Origin: a virus
DNA length: 64,000 bases
IMG/VR virus record: IMGVR_UViG_3300025727_000603
Location: 1-64,000 of that record
Strand: one strand, 5' to 3'
Part shown: piece after piece, positions 39,930 through 49,990 of the stretch
Numbering within the stretch: the first letter of the stretch is position 1
How the letters are laid out: each line of letters begins with the position of its first letter
Notes under the pieces: model-generated
The model's input: only the letters and a program-made list of their open reading frames with translations
Told to the model about the DNA's origin: nothing
The model's database searches: none
Translations under genes and position numbers: made by a program

Positions 39930-40956
39930 CATTGTATCACATCATAAGATTCAGCCTGAAAATAAAGACAAACTATGTTCAAGAGCTAAGTTAGACACAG
40001 GTACTCATTGTAATTATGACTGTGAGTTCTGCTATTACGGAGAACAACTCCATATTCGTACTGATACTGATGTTATAAAGAAACGTATTGATTATCTCTG
40101 GGATACAGGTATGGAAGAAATAGACTTCTCTGGAGGGGAATCTTCTATACATAAAGACTTTTTTGAGCTAATACAATATACCAAAGATAAAGGTTTCTCT
40201 AACATATCTACACTATCTAATGGACACAAATTCTCCAAGATTGACTTTATGCGCAAGGCCTATGATGCTGGCCTAACAGAAATATTATTTTCTGTTCACG
40301 GCGCTAATGGAAGTATACATGATAAAATAGTAAGACGATCAGGAGCATTTAATCGTATTATTAAAGCTATTAATCTCTGTAGAGAAGTAGGTATTAAAGT
40401 TCGTATCAATACTACTGTTACTATGGAAAACTTTACTGCTTTATCAGAATTCTCTACACTAATTCAAAGTCTCGATGCTGATGTATTTGAGGTTAACTAC
40501 TTACCCCTAAATCATTGGGATGACGCTAAGACACAGATACCATTAGATTATAATGTAGTATGTACTGAAATAAAAAAGTCTATTGACATACTTAAATCAG
40601 CAGTTAAAATAATTAATGTTAGATATACTCCATACTGTTACATGGGAGGGTATGAGAAATATGTATGCTCTACATATCAACATATATGGGATGTCTATGA
40701 TTGGAATATCGGGGTATATGACTATTCTGTTGATCCTCAGGTATATAAAAAAGATCCTCTAAAACATCTACTTAAAGTAGCTAAAGAAAATAGAAATCAA
40801 ACATATATGAAACCTAAATCATGTATGGGATGTAAGTATTTTTTTATATGTGATGGTATTGAGACTGAAAATAACTCTACTCTACCCTTAGCAATAAAAG
40901 GTGAATTGATATATAATCCTATACATTATCGTAAAGGATATTATGAATCTATTTGA
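39910..40956 (+). CDS. radical SAM protein 3 with C-terminal Cys cluster
   Basis: CNYDCEFC, FSGGES, SNG, FSVHG...HD, PYCY and CMGCKYFFICDG. Confidence 0.9.
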   Translation: MSPINYNIVSHHKIQPENKDKLCSRAKLDTGTHCNYDCEFCYYGEQLHIRTDTDVIKKRIDYLWDTGMEEIDFSGGESSIHKDFFELIQYTKDKGFSNISTLSNGHKFSKIDFMRKAYDAGLTEILFSVHGANGSIHDKIVRRSGAFNRIIKAINLCREVGIKVRINTTVTMENFTALSEFSTLIQSLDADVFEVNYLPLNHWDDAKTQIPLDYNVVCTEIKKSIDILKSAVKIINVRYTPYCYMGGYEKYVCSTYQHIWDVYDWNIGVYDYSVDPQVYKKDPLKHLLKVAKENRNQTYMKPKSCMGCKYFFICDGIETENNSTLPLAIKGELIYNPIHYRKGYYESI

Positions 40957-42004
40957 ATTAATACCAACAGATGAGTATCCTACATTCGACTTTAAAGTTA
41001 CATTAAAACCCTCATTTAGATGTAATCAAGCTTGTTGGTTCTGTACTGAATATGATAATAATTCGTATGAATGGTCAAAAGTGGATTGTAATAAAGTATT
41101 AGATAAGCTTGATAATGTATTAAAACCTTATCAATCTATTTTTATATACTTCTATGGTGGTGAGCCTACTCTATCTAAATATTATGAGTATCTACATTAT
41201 GAGATTACTAGAAGACACAGACATAAAAAATTATTTATACAGACACAAACTAATGGTTCTATGGAGACTGAGAGGTTAAAAACTTTTCTTAATACATTAG
41301 AATTATATGATGGGCATACATTAGATATATCAACTTCTGTACATCTTAATAAACAGAAGATTGAAAATCTAATAGATAAGCTTAAAATATTAAGAGAGTA
41401 TAATGTACTAGGTAATATATTTCCTTCTACTGAATACCTTCATGAAGAACAATTTATAGAAGAGTTGAAGTTAATGATACAGGAATTTGATAATAAAGTC
41501 AAGATAAAATTCACAGAAATTGGTTTAGGAGTTATTAATTCAAGAGAAGCTCAATTATATCCTTTGGATCAAGGTGATATTAAATCATTTGAATTTAGAT
41601 ATTTTACACAGAAATATCCTTTTCTACTTAATCATCTTGAAGAGGGATTTAATTTTCAGGTAGATGATAAGGTTGTTAACTATTCTATGGTGAAAGCTAA
41701 TGATATACATAAACAAGTGAGATTTATGAAGTGTGAGTGCGGCACTAAGAATCTTGTTATAGACCATAACCTAAAGATGTATAGGTGTAATGACGACTTT
41801 TATAACAACATAGGTATACAAGATATAACAGAGGATATAGAGATAAAAAATAAGTATTGTCTTAATAAGGCTTGTTATGATGGTCTAGAGTTTAGGAAAT
41901 GGAAACCTATCACTATACAACCTCAGAAGGATATACCAGAATTTTGTAAACCATGTACCTCGGCATATTGTTCATATAATTGTAGGAGAGATAATAATGA
42001 ATAA
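40943..42004 (+). CDS. radical SAM protein 4 (Twitch-like, extra Cys-rich tail)
   Basis: CNQACWFC, YGGEPTL, QTNG, CECG...YRC, CLNKAC and terminal CKPCTSAYCSYNC. Confidence 0.9.
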   Translation: MNLFELIPTDEYPTFDFKVTLKPSFRCNQACWFCTEYDNNSYEWSKVDCNKVLDKLDNVLKPYQSIFIYFYGGEPTLSKYYEYLHYEITRRHRHKKLFIQTQTNGSMETERLKTFLNTLELYDGHTLDISTSVHLNKQKIENLIDKLKILREYNVLGNIFPSTEYLHEEQFIEELKLMIQEFDNKVKIKFTEIGLGVINSREAQLYPLDQGDIKSFEFRYFTQKYPFLLNHLEEGFNFQVDDKVVNYSMVKANDIHKQVRFMKCECGTKNLVIDHNLKMYRCNDDFYNNIGIQDITEDIEIKNKYCLNKACYDGLEFRKWKPITIQPQKDIPEFCKPCTSAYCSYNCRRDNNE

Positions 42005-42842
42005 AGATTGTATTCAGGAACTAGAAATTGATTTAATTGATGCCTGTAACCTATCATGCCCTTTATGTAATAGGAATGTATTAAAGTCTAAAGATGGTTA
42101 TATCCCTTTAGATGAATGGATCTCTATTTTTGATCAGTACAAATATCTAAAGGCTATATTCCTCATTGGAACTAGATCTGAACACACATTATATCCAGAA
42201 TTTTTAAACCTCATGAGGTACTTTAAGAGTAGAGGATTATCAATTATTATATCGACTAATGGTTGTACTAATAAATTAAATTTTTGGTCTGAATTAAAAG
42301 ATATACTACAAGTCGAAGATGAAGTTCGATTTGCCGTTGATGGTATTACCCAAGATATATATGAGCAATATAGAGTTGGTGGTAATCTAGAAAAATTAAT
42401 GAATAATCATAAAGCTTTTAAATCAGAGAAAGATAATGATATAATGCAATATATTAGATTTGAGCATAACCAGCATGAAGACATTACTGAGTTCCTTCAG
42501 CAGTTCTCTGGATTAAGAACTACTAATTCCTCTTTTGAAGGTAATCATGATGGTTCTATTGTTAAACAAACTCCTCAGGATTCTAAGAGATATAACTTAG
42601 TTACAAAAATTATACGGAATAGAAAACCAAATATAAGCTGTGAAACTAAGGGTAAGATGCACTTTATTAACCACAGAGGTCAGACTTCTCCTTGTTGTTA
42701 TTATAATGAAGATGTTGTACTTCAGGGTGGTGAATGGGATGGGACATATGAAGATATTGAAGCAGCTAAATTTGACTTTTGTACAATAATGTGTGATAAG
42801 TTTTGTACGAATCTGTTAAAGTCGTTAGATATAGAATTATGA
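41997..42842 (+). CDS. radical SAM protein 5 (Twitch/SPASM-like)
   Basis: CNLSCPLC, STNG, FAVDG....Y..YRVGG, F.HNQH, PCCY and C...C...C. Confidence 0.88.
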   Translation: MNKDCIQELEIDLIDACNLSCPLCNRNVLKSKDGYIPLDEWISIFDQYKYLKAIFLIGTRSEHTLYPEFLNLMRYFKSRGLSIIISTNGCTNKLNFWSELKDILQVEDEVRFAVDGITQDIYEQYRVGGNLEKLMNNHKAFKSEKDNDIMQYIRFEHNQHEDITEFLQQFSGLRTTNSSFEGNHDGSIVKQTPQDSKRYNLVTKIIRNRKPNISCETKGKMHFINHRGQTSPCCYYNEDVVLQGGEWDGTYEDIEAAKFDFCTIMCDKFCTNLLKSLDIEL

Positions 42843-43402
42843 GAGTATCTATATTAATACTAACACATAATAGACCTCTCTTATTTAAGCGGTGTATTTC
42901 ATCAGTATTATTAAATAAACCAGAGAATGTAGAAATATTAGTTAATAATGATTCAAAAGATATAAAGGAGATTGCTGGTGCGACATATTATTATAAAACT
43001 CATTCGGATCTAAGTGATACTTATAAGTATCTATTTAATAAGGCCTCAGGTGAATTTATATATTTTTTAGAAGACGATGATTATGTATCTTCTGACTTTT
43101 GGAAGATACTATCTCAGGTTAAAGAGAATACAGTATTTAGATATATCCCTGAGAAGAGTATTAAGTTATACTATGAATACTTTATACATAACCCTTCATT
43201 TGAAGAACATTTTCAATTAGGGCAACTGGTATTTAAAAAGAAATCATTAACCTCCTTTCCAAAAGGTAATAATATACACAATGATTATCAACTATATAAA
43301 TCTCTTTCGGGTTCGATAATGAATGATCGAAGACCAATTTATACACAAACTACTGATGGTAACGACAATATAAGTTTTGATGAATATCCAGAAACAATAT
43401 GA
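42839..43402 (+). CDS. glycosyltransferase family 2
   Basis: SILILTHNRP..F.RC..SV, EILVNND and ASGEFIYFLEDDD (DxD). Start re-assigned to the ATGA overlap at 42839. Confidence 0.85.
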   Translation: MRVSILILTHNRPLLFKRCISSVLLNKPENVEILVNNDSKDIKEIAGATYYYKTHSDLSDTYKYLFNKASGEFIYFLEDDDYVSSDFWKILSQVKENTVFRYIPEKSIKLYYEYFIHNPSFEEHFQLGQLVFKKKSLTSFPKGNNIHNDYQLYKSLSGSIMNDRRPIYTQTTDGNDNISFDEYPETI

Positions 43403-44327
43403 TGTAAAGCATAAAATGCAAAGACTCTATGTACATTGGGATGTATCTACTCAATGTCAATTAGAGTGTTCGTATTGTTATGCCATAAAAGACTATGGTT
43501 CAGAGTGGGGTAATATTGATTCATGGGTACGTCAAAAGTTAGTAATTAGGAATATAGCCCACTCAACTCTTCCTGTCTTTCTTGGCCTCCTAGGAGGTGA
43601 ACCTACAATACATCCTCGTTATAATGAGTTAGTAGCTCTTTGCCATGAAGCTATATCTAAACACAAAGATGGTAGACTATATATTACTACTAATGGTTTA
43701 AATCCTACTCGTTGGTTTGAGAAATTAAAGTACTATGATAATATGTATTTTTTATGGTCAGCTCATTTCGAATATGAAGATAAATATGGTACTGGGTTTC
43801 AAAGGATTATAGATAATATAAAGGTGGTAACAGACAAAGGGTTTAGATCTAAGATAAATGTAATGTTAAATCCTGACCCAAAAACTTGGCCTAAGATACA
43901 TGCTCTGGTAGACCAATTAGAAAAGATAGAGGGTCTAGAGATACATCCACATTTCTTATATAACGAGGGGAATGTACATGATCTTTATAAATATTCACCT
44001 GAGTTTTATGAAGAGTTTAAGAGATTTGAGGATTATCCCAATTATCTAGTGTTTGAGGATAATGGTGAAAAGACTATATATAATGACTACACCATATTTA
44101 ATAATAAGAAGACTTCATTTACTGGATGGGATTGTTACAATAATAACTATGAAATTGATTATAAAGGAAGTGTAAATAGATTCTGTTTTGATGAGTCAGA
44201 TGATCTAATTACTAACTTTAACTTTTTTCGTGACATAGGAAAGGTGACACCAGTTAAATGTCCCCACTCAACATGCAACTGTGATGGATTACTAAAGATA
44301 TGCAAAGTGAATCGAAAAAACTTGTAA
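43377..44327 (+). CDS. radical SAM protein 6
   Basis: CQLECSYC, LGGEPTIHP, ITTNG, SAH.E, GWDC...C and CPHSTCNCDG. Confidence 0.9.
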   Translation: MMNIQKQYDVKHKMQRLYVHWDVSTQCQLECSYCYAIKDYGSEWGNIDSWVRQKLVIRNIAHSTLPVFLGLLGGEPTIHPRYNELVALCHEAISKHKDGRLYITTNGLNPTRWFEKLKYYDNMYFLWSAHFEYEDKYGTGFQRIIDNIKVVTDKGFRSKINVMLNPDPKTWPKIHALVDQLEKIEGLEIHPHFLYNEGNVHDLYKYSPEFYEEFKRFEDYPNYLVFEDNGEKTIYNDYTIFNNKKTSFTGWDCYNNNYEIDYKGSVNRFCFDESDDLITNFNFFRDIGKVTPVKCPHSTCNCDGLLKICKVNRKNL

Positions 44328-45217
44328 AGTCCGGCCGAGCAAAAGCTGATGTCTATATTGGGTATGATATAACTTATAGATGTAATTTAAGATGTGAGTA
44401 TTGTTATGTACTACATAAGCTTGATAACAAATTAACGGGTAACAAGTTTATAGCTACCATGGTTTTATTAAAATTAAAACGATTTCTCTCAGAGAATAAA
44501 GATAAAACTGTAGAATTTGATATTTTAGGAGGTGAGCCTTTATCGTTCGAGGGACTTACTGAATATGTACATAAACTAGAAGATATTCGACTAGAATATA
44601 ACAATCTTAAAATTATAACAATTACAACTAACGGAGTATTCCCTACACTCCCTAATTTTAATGATATTGAATATAATAATAATATTCAATTTCAGGTGTC
44701 GTATCATAACTACTCAAATAATATCAAACTTTTAAAGGAGAACCTACTAAAGTTTCTAAGAATTACAGATCTAGTTACATTAACAATTCATTTATATGAT
44801 GATAAATTAAGAATTCAAGAGATTAGAGATATTATAGAGTTCTGTAATTCTAATCATATACATACTTGTACTATAGATATTAACGACCTTGGTAATGATT
44901 TTAAAATGGTAAATAATTCTGTATTCACTGAGATATCAGACTTAACTTCTCTAGATAATATTAAAAATTATCAAGTAGGTAACACAGAGATGTCAAGAAA
45001 GAATATACATGACATAAACTGGATAAAGGACTCAATGAAATACTGTAATCTTTCTTGTTTTAATATAGATTACTACGGTGACATTACAGCGGATTGTAAT
45101 TATACTTTAGATAGAAAAAATATTACAACATCTGATATAGAACTCTATAAAGTATACTGTAAACATATATCGTGTATGGGTGGTTCTGGTTTAGACCAGA
45201 AGAAGGAATATGTATGA
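44300..45217 (+). CDS. radical SAM protein 7
   Basis: CNLRCEYC, LGGEPL, TTNG, SYH, C...I.YYG....C and CKHISC. Confidence 0.9.
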   Translation: MQSESKKLVKSGRAKADVYIGYDITYRCNLRCEYCYVLHKLDNKLTGNKFIATMVLLKLKRFLSENKDKTVEFDILGGEPLSFEGLTEYVHKLEDIRLEYNNLKIITITTNGVFPTLPNFNDIEYNNNIQFQVSYHNYSNNIKLLKENLLKFLRITDLVTLTIHLYDDKLRIQEIRDIIEFCNSNHIHTCTIDINDLGNDFKMVNNSVFTEISDLTSLDNIKNYQVGNTEMSRKNIHDINWIKDSMKYCNLSCFNIDYYGDITADCNYTLDRKNITTSDIELYKVYCKHISCMGGSGLDQKKEYV

Positions 45218-45963
45218 TAATTAACCAGCTTAAACTATATAGGCGATGGGAACGTATAATGTCTAAGGGTCATTCTCTATCTCCCACGATGTTTAGTCTA
45301 AAGAAAACACTCTACTTTAATAATAAAGTATCAAAACTTCTATATAAAGACACAGGTGTGTTGGTTGACGTAAAATCAATTATTCCTTTAGTAAGTCATG
45401 AAAACAAGTTTACATATAATTGTGTCATTAACTCTAAAAAATATGTATTAAAGAATGAGCTACGGCGTAATATAGAATCAACTCTTATATATCAATTTTA
45501 CTATTTTGATAAATTGAAAAAGAGATATCCATTTGTTTTTGAGAGATTTAGGACAAAGGAAGATGTTCTAAAGTATAATTCGATTAAGGCAAAAGAATTA
45601 ATTAATTTTATAGGCTCCTACGAATACTCTATACAAGAACACCTTCCAGAGTTATTAGAGGAAACTGATAATTTTTTTGTATTTAAATACTATGATATTA
45701 TAGAGTATTCAGAGGATGAATATAAGAATAATATGCATACCTTATTAAATATATTTAATAATGATATTGTACCTATAGTTTTAGCGCGCCAGAATGTCGC
45801 GAAGTTAGTAGACTCAGATAAGTTTATAATGTATGATATTGATATATTAAATAAAGATCCTATAATTAATTGGCCACGCGAGGGAGTTTGTACGATAGCT
45901 CCCTCTGGAATGGATGATAACAATTGTGATGGTCTTCTCAAAATATATAAGGAGAAGAAATGA
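45214..45963 (+). CDS. hypothetical protein
   Basis: Probable start at the ATGA overlap (45214). No family recognised. The C-terminus NCDGLLKIYK copies the end of radical SAM 6. Confidence 0.5.
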   Translation: MIINQLKLYRRWERIMSKGHSLSPTMFSLKKTLYFNNKVSKLLYKDTGVLVDVKSIIPLVSHENKFTYNCVINSKKYVLKNELRRNIESTLIYQFYYFDKLKKRYPFVFERFRTKEDVLKYNSIKAKELINFIGSYEYSIQEHLPELLEETDNFFVFKYYDIIEYSEDEYKNNMHTLLNIFNNDIVPIVLARQNVAKLVDSDKFIMYDIDILNKDPIINWPREGVCTIAPSGMDDNNCDGLLKIYKEKK

Positions 45964-46838
45964 AAATACAGGTTAAATTAGCTGGTGCGGTATCTCATTA
46001 TAATTTATTTAAATTATTAAAAAAATCTATTCAGAGGTATCAAGGGATATTTGATTTTACTGTTTATGATGCACCCAATCTTTGTAAATGGAATGCTGGT
46101 CGTGTAAATCGTGATATAACAATAACGCCGGAAATGGTAAGGTGGTATAATGACGCAGGGATAGGGGTGGCATTTACATTCACAAATGATATTATTGATG
46201 TCACTGATCCGGTGGGTATTGACTTATTAGAGATGCTTGATCACAATCCATTGAATTCTATAATACTAATAAACGATGACTTCAGGGAATTTTTGCGTGA
46301 GTCATACCCAAAATATAAATTAACTTTCTCTATTACTGGGCATCCGAATGATATAACTATAACAAATAAATTATTACAACATTATCTCAATTTAGAATCT
46401 AAGTATGATGTTATTGTTCCTAGATTTGAAATGACCTTTAATTCAGAATTTCTTTCGGCCATTGATTCTAAAAAATATGAACCTATAACAAATGACACTT
46501 GCATATATGGATGTAATATATTGAGAGAGCATATGTCTACCATAGCAGATAAGAATAGGATGTATGATAACCCTTGGGTAGACATGGAACATGGTGAGGC
46601 ATTTAAGGTAGAGGAGTGTTGGATAAAACATTTTGATCCTGATGTCGGGTCAGATAAAGATAGAGAAGAATATGGAGAAGAACTTGGGATGGATTTTACA
46701 AAGAGTATGTATACAAGGGCTCTAAAATCTGGGTATCGTAGATTTAAAGTTATGGGCCGTGAACTTGGTAGTTTAGAACTTCGTACTGAAATTATAAACA
46801 ATCTTAAATTATTAAAAGAAGCATATGAAGAAATCTAA
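45960..46838 (+). CDS. peptidase U32-like putative Fe-S protein
   Basis: WNAGR, FTN, N..CIYGC....H...C and G...FKVMGR resemble the U32 Cys ligands and the KIEGR motif. Confidence 0.5.
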   Translation: MKIQVKLAGAVSHYNLFKLLKKSIQRYQGIFDFTVYDAPNLCKWNAGRVNRDITITPEMVRWYNDAGIGVAFTFTNDIIDVTDPVGIDLLEMLDHNPLNSIILINDDFREFLRESYPKYKLTFSITGHPNDITITNKLLQHYLNLESKYDVIVPRFEMTFNSEFLSAIDSKKYEPITNDTCIYGCNILREHMSTIADKNRMYDNPWVDMEHGEAFKVEECWIKHFDPDVGSDKDREEYGEELGMDFTKSMYTRALKSGYRRFKVMGRELGSLELRTEIINNLKLLKEAYEEI

Positions 46839-47679
46839 CAGTAGGATTCCTATCAGATCTGTTGAATGGTTGGTCACAGAAAATTGTAATTATACTTGTG
46901 ACTATTGTGCTTTATATAACTCTAATAAGCCATCCAGAGATTTGAATGAGATAAGAAAATTTCTAATTGGGATAGCAAGGAAACAAATTATATATGACTT
47001 TACTTTTTTCGTATTCGGTGGGGAACCATTTCTTCATCCATCAATAAAAGAAATTATAGTAATGATGAATGAACTACATATTGATTATGTCTTCCAAACA
47101 AATCTTTCTAATAAGAGTGTAAAGAAAATTACTGATATACTTGATTCTGGAGTCACGATACAGGGGATTAATATCTCTGTCCATTTCTCTCAGCAATCAC
47201 TATCTCAGTACATAAAAAATATTAGGAGTATGATAAATCTTTCTGCTAATATTAAAATAATAGATGTGATGTATGATGGGTTTTATAATGTAGAATTATA
47301 TAGACAATTAGTAAAAGAATTGAAGCACTTTAAGTACTTTAATGATATAGCTATATTTCTAGTACCTGTATCTGATTTTTTGGTCACTGGATTTGGTGAT
47401 CATCTTCGGGAGTATAATAAATTAGTTATTGATTCAAAGTATAATGATATTAAATTTGAAGAAGAGTTTATGGTGCATCCTATTACAGGAAAGGATACTG
47501 AACGAAGAATTATTTGGGAAGAATTTGTAAATAAAGAATGGTCACCAAGGGGTAAAGAATGTCTTATGAAAAAGAGTTTTGAGATGTATGATTCTAATCT
47601 AAAATTATTTAATTGTTGTTTCCATGATTATATTGAGGAACCATATATTTGTCCTTATGATAAATGCTTTTTGAGTTAG
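46825..47679 (+). CDS. radical SAM protein 8
   Basis: CNYTCDYC, FGGEPFLHP, QTNLS, SVH and G..C...CC...CPYDKC. Confidence 0.9.
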   Translation: MKKSNSRIPIRSVEWLVTENCNYTCDYCALYNSNKPSRDLNEIRKFLIGIARKQIIYDFTFFVFGGEPFLHPSIKEIIVMMNELHIDYVFQTNLSNKSVKKITDILDSGVTIQGINISVHFSQQSLSQYIKNIRSMINLSANIKIIDVMYDGFYNVELYRQLVKELKHFKYFNDIAIFLVPVSDFLVTGFGDHLREYNKLVIDSKYNDIKFEEEFMVHPITGKDTERRIIWEEFVNKEWSPRGKECLMKKSFEMYDSNLKLFNCCFHDYIEEPYICPYDKCFLS

Positions 47680-47689
47680 AGTACTGAGA

Positions 47690-48376
47690 ATGAAAAAGGA
47701 ATTACTTACCTACTCATATGAACAGGGATTATCTCATATCCCATCTGCCTTATCTATGCTTGATTATGTTGACACACTATTCTCTAATAGATTAGTAACT
47801 CCAGAAGACTATATAATAATAGGTAAACCGTTTGGATCTCAAGCATATTATCTGGTATGGGAGAAGCTTGGTTATTTAGATAATATAGAATCTCTAAGTC
47901 CTGGTCTTAAACATGATGAAATAGATTTTGTGGATTATTCAGAAGAAACTATAGGCAATGCTCTTGGTGTAGCATCAGGTATCGCACTTACTACTGATAG
48001 ACTGATATGGGTTAATATAACAGATGGAGCACTTCAAATGGGTAATACCCTAGAAGCTATACAGTTTATTGGAGCTAAATGTCAGAATAATATATTACTT
48101 ACAGTTGATTATAACGGATCTCAAGTGACAGGGAGAACGGATGATATTATTACAGTAGATCCAGTAATACAGATGCTATCTTTATATGGATGGGATGTAC
48201 ATTATGATAGTCTAGATAATTTTAAGATATCAAGTAAGCCGTGTGCCTTTATAATGAATACAGTAAAGGGTGATGGGGTTGATACTATGATACAGGATGA
48301 GAAGAAATGGCATTACAAGAAAATAGAAACATTGAAAGAATTACAATCGTTGGTGGTGGAACTTCAGGTTATCTAA
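47690..48376 (+). CDS. transketolase-like N-terminal (TPP-binding) subunit
   Basis: HIPSALS, GNALGVASGIA, DGALQMG...EA...VDYN (GDG..N-like) and TVKG.GV...WHY. Confidence 0.8.
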   Translation: MKKELLTYSYEQGLSHIPSALSMLDYVDTLFSNRLVTPEDYIIIGKPFGSQAYYLVWEKLGYLDNIESLSPGLKHDEIDFVDYSEETIGNALGVASGIALTTDRLIWVNITDGALQMGNTLEAIQFIGAKCQNNILLTVDYNGSQVTGRTDDIITVDPVIQMLSLYGWDVHYDSLDNFKISSKPCAFIMNTVKGDGVDTMIQDEKKWHYKKIETLKELQSLVVELQVI

Positions 48377-49548
48377 GTGCTTTATTTTTAGGTAAAACAT
48401 ACCCAGAGAAATCTATTACATGGATATATCCAGAAGATAATAATCCTATAGGTGTAGGGGAGGCATTAGTACCTCCTGTATCTAAGTTCCTTTATAATTT
48501 AGGTATTTCACATGAAGATATTCTTAAACATTGTAACGGAACATTAAAGCTTGGAATAAAACTTGAAGATTTTAGTCTGAAAGAATGTGTATTTCCTTTT
48601 GGTATTGGGGCCTCTGAAGAAAATAGTATATTAAATATAATTAAATCTAATAAGATACCTTCTAATATATTAGATTACCAAGATATATCAGTACATTTAA
48701 GAACAACAGAAGCATTAACATTTATAGAGAAGTTAATACCATCTAATGTAAGTATCTCTAGAGATAAAGTAGATAGAGTAGAGGGATATGACTTATTAGT
48801 GGATTGTACAGGATTTACTCGTAAATTTAGTTATCTTAAAGATAATCACAAATCTATATCACATATAATACCAAATAATAGAGCCTTATCTTACAGAGCG
48901 GAATATACTAATCTCAAAGAACAAATGCTCCCGTATTCCATATTTAAAGCAATGGATTTTGGTTGGGTATGGAATATACCCTTAGGTGATCAATTAGCTA
49001 TGGGATATGTACATAATAGTAAATATGATGTCCAATCTGAGTTTATTTCTTACATTAAAGATAAAATGGGTATTATTGTAGAGAAGGATGATATTGATGA
49101 AATAGATATGGTAACCGGACGTAATAAAATACATCTTCATAATAATATAGTCCCTATAGGACTTTCATCAGGGTTTATAGAACCATTAGAATCAACTGGG
49201 TTATATCTAACAACATACGCTCTTGAAACATTAAGTAAATATATTAACTCAGAGATATCTGAAAAACAATATAATGAATCTATTAACTCCACCTTTGATG
49301 GTATTACTGATTTTATAGGAGCTCATTATAAGTTCTCTAATAGAGATAATGAATACTGGAATATGTATAAAGATATTGATATTAATCTATATAATGAAAT
49401 AGATATATTTCCAAAGGAAGCATGGGATTATATTCTTTCTGGATTTGGTATGACCGAACGACCAAAAGAACAGTTGGATATAAAAGAGATGATAAAGATA
49501 TCAAAAGGTATAAATTACACAGAATGGTATGAGAGCAACTTTAAATAA
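48307..49548 (+). CDS. flavin-dependent halogenase, tryptophan halogenase (PrnA-like) family
   Basis: IVGGGTSG, IGVGEA, T.KLGI (catalytic Lys position), DCTGF, GWVWNIP (WxWxIP) and GLSSGFIEPLESTG. Confidence 0.88.
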   Translation: MALQENRNIERITIVGGGTSGYLSALFLGKTYPEKSITWIYPEDNNPIGVGEALVPPVSKFLYNLGISHEDILKHCNGTLKLGIKLEDFSLKECVFPFGIGASEENSILNIIKSNKIPSNILDYQDISVHLRTTEALTFIEKLIPSNVSISRDKVDRVEGYDLLVDCTGFTRKFSYLKDNHKSISHIIPNNRALSYRAEYTNLKEQMLPYSIFKAMDFGWVWNIPLGDQLAMGYVHNSKYDVQSEFISYIKDKMGIIVEKDDIDEIDMVTGRNKIHLHNNIVPIGLSSGFIEPLESTGLYLTTYALETLSKYINSEISEKQYNESINSTFDGITDFIGAHYKFSNRDNEYWNMYKDIDINLYNEIDIFPKEAWDYILSGFGMTERPKEQLDIKEMIKISKGINYTEWYESNFK

Positions 49549-49990
49549 ATTTATAAGACGTACCGATAACACTATACTACTTCATTGTGATATGTGGGGT
49601 TTTGATTGTCCTTCAATCAATGTAGGTATACAAGAACCTAATATGGTTAATATAGCAGCTGGTCTTGCATCACAAGGTAAGAAAGTAGTTATATACGGTG
49701 TTGCTGGATTTGTATTGTATAAAGCATATGAACAAATAAAACTCAATATAAAGGGTTGGTCTGAGAACTATGGATCTATAGTATTTGTTAATGCAGGCCG
49801 TAATGGTTGTTATTCTATATGTGGTCGTGGCCACTTAGTAGAAGATGACCAAGATCTTTGTAAGGCATTAGATCTAGATTTATATACACCTGCAACAAGA
49901 AAGGAATTTCTAAGAGTTCTTAAAGAAGGACTTCAAGTAAATGGATCTAGATTTATTAGATTAGGGTATGACGGTGAGGTATGGGGATGA
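49529..49990 (+). CDS. transketolase-like pyrimidine-binding subunit
   Basis: INVGIQEPNMVNIAAGLA..G, F...AYEQIK, GH...D and FIRL. Confidence 0.82.
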   Translation: MRATLNKFIRRTDNTILLHCDMWGFDCPSINVGIQEPNMVNIAAGLASQGKKVVIYGVAGFVLYKAYEQIKLNIKGWSENYGSIVFVNAGRNGCYSICGRGHLVEDDQDLCKALDLDLYTPATRKEFLRVLKEGLQVNGSRFIRLGYDGEVWG

